From the IMG/VR virus record IMGVR_UViG_3300032820_000002: a stretch of DNA of 56,658 bases; one strand, given 5' to 3'. Below, in pieces: positions 56,351-56,658 of the stretch (positions are counted from its first letter, which is position 1; each line of letters starts with the position of its first letter). The DNA is from an uncultured virus (IMG/VR IMGVR_UViG_3300032820_000002) (taxonomy: Duplodnaviria > Heunggongvirae > Uroviricota > Caudoviricetes). Below the pieces are notes generated by a model. That model worked only from the letters and a program-made list of their open reading frames with translations, was not told the DNA's origin and ran no database searches. The translations under genes and the position numbers were made by a program.

Positions 56351-56658
56351 GTTACTATCCTCTCTCCAGTTATCACATTAACTAACTCAACACCTGCGCC
56401 ATGTGCTGCGCGAGCTTCATAGCGTTCCTCTGCTATCTGCTCGTCTGTTCTAAGTGCCTGTGCTTTGCGGTACACTGCTAAGAACTTATCCGTATCTACT
56501 ACGCGAGCCTTGTTGCTTGCTTCTACTGTAGCATCATCAATAAGCCCTAATGTTCTAAAGTCATTAAGCATATCGCTGAACGGTACGTTGTCGTTGCTAT
56601 TCCAGCGCACAACGTTTCCGATAACGGTAGCGGAGTTATAGTTCTCCGCTACCTTATC
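56347..56658 (-). CDS. Hypothetical protein, 5'-truncated by window edge
   Basis: Frame stays open from 56610 to 56658 (DKVAENYNSATVIGNVVRWNSND...). Confidence 0.7.
   Translation of the reverse strand, partial: DKVAENYNSATVIGNVVRWNSNDNVPFSDMLNDFRTLGLIDDATVEASNKARVVDTDKFLAVYRKAQALRTDEQIAEERYEARAAHGAGVELVNVITGERIVT

Noticed and set aside
55676..56422. Plus-strand ORFs 55676, 55910, 56127, 56228
   Set aside because: Antisense to better-supported genes or running through low-complexity and terminator sequence
1..56658. Stop-codon reassignment
   Set aside because: Conserved genes are full length in the standard code and TAA, TAG and TGA all end genes

Overview
AT-rich (~30% GC by eye) segment of a large T4-like myovirus (probably jumbo) genome, standard genetic code, no CRISPR array, integrase or intact tRNA seen. 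Order: dNMP kinase; virion block (1114-aa tail sheath, tail tube, tube-like protein, gp4-like head-completion nuclease, repeat-rich peptidoglycan-binding protein, large terminase); gp32 SSB/UvsX/UvsY; a ~7.6-kb glycan/methylation cluster; UvsW, gp62-like subunit, peptide deformylase, a 186-aa miniature DnaE, primase, carbamoyltransferase, gp41 helicase; a host-derived metabolic island (purN, SufT-like, rubredoxin, hemE, purF, HAD, FAD oxidoreductase, CCA-adding enzyme, ACP, DegP); a minus-strand late cluster of unknown genes; radical SAM/2OG genes, a holin-like gene, and a switch to higher-GC small genes at the right end. Most notable signals: (1) T4 capsid-targeting-like N-termini, including one on the CCA-adding enzyme; (2) a probable overprinted gene inside the mini-DnaE; (3) a leaderless-mRNA design (TAAATA-N5-ATG at eight genes, sigma70 -10 box 6-7 nt before ATG at four); (4) an A10 run that would fuse two ORFs by a -1 shift. 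All product calls come from motif recognition by eye, not database searches.
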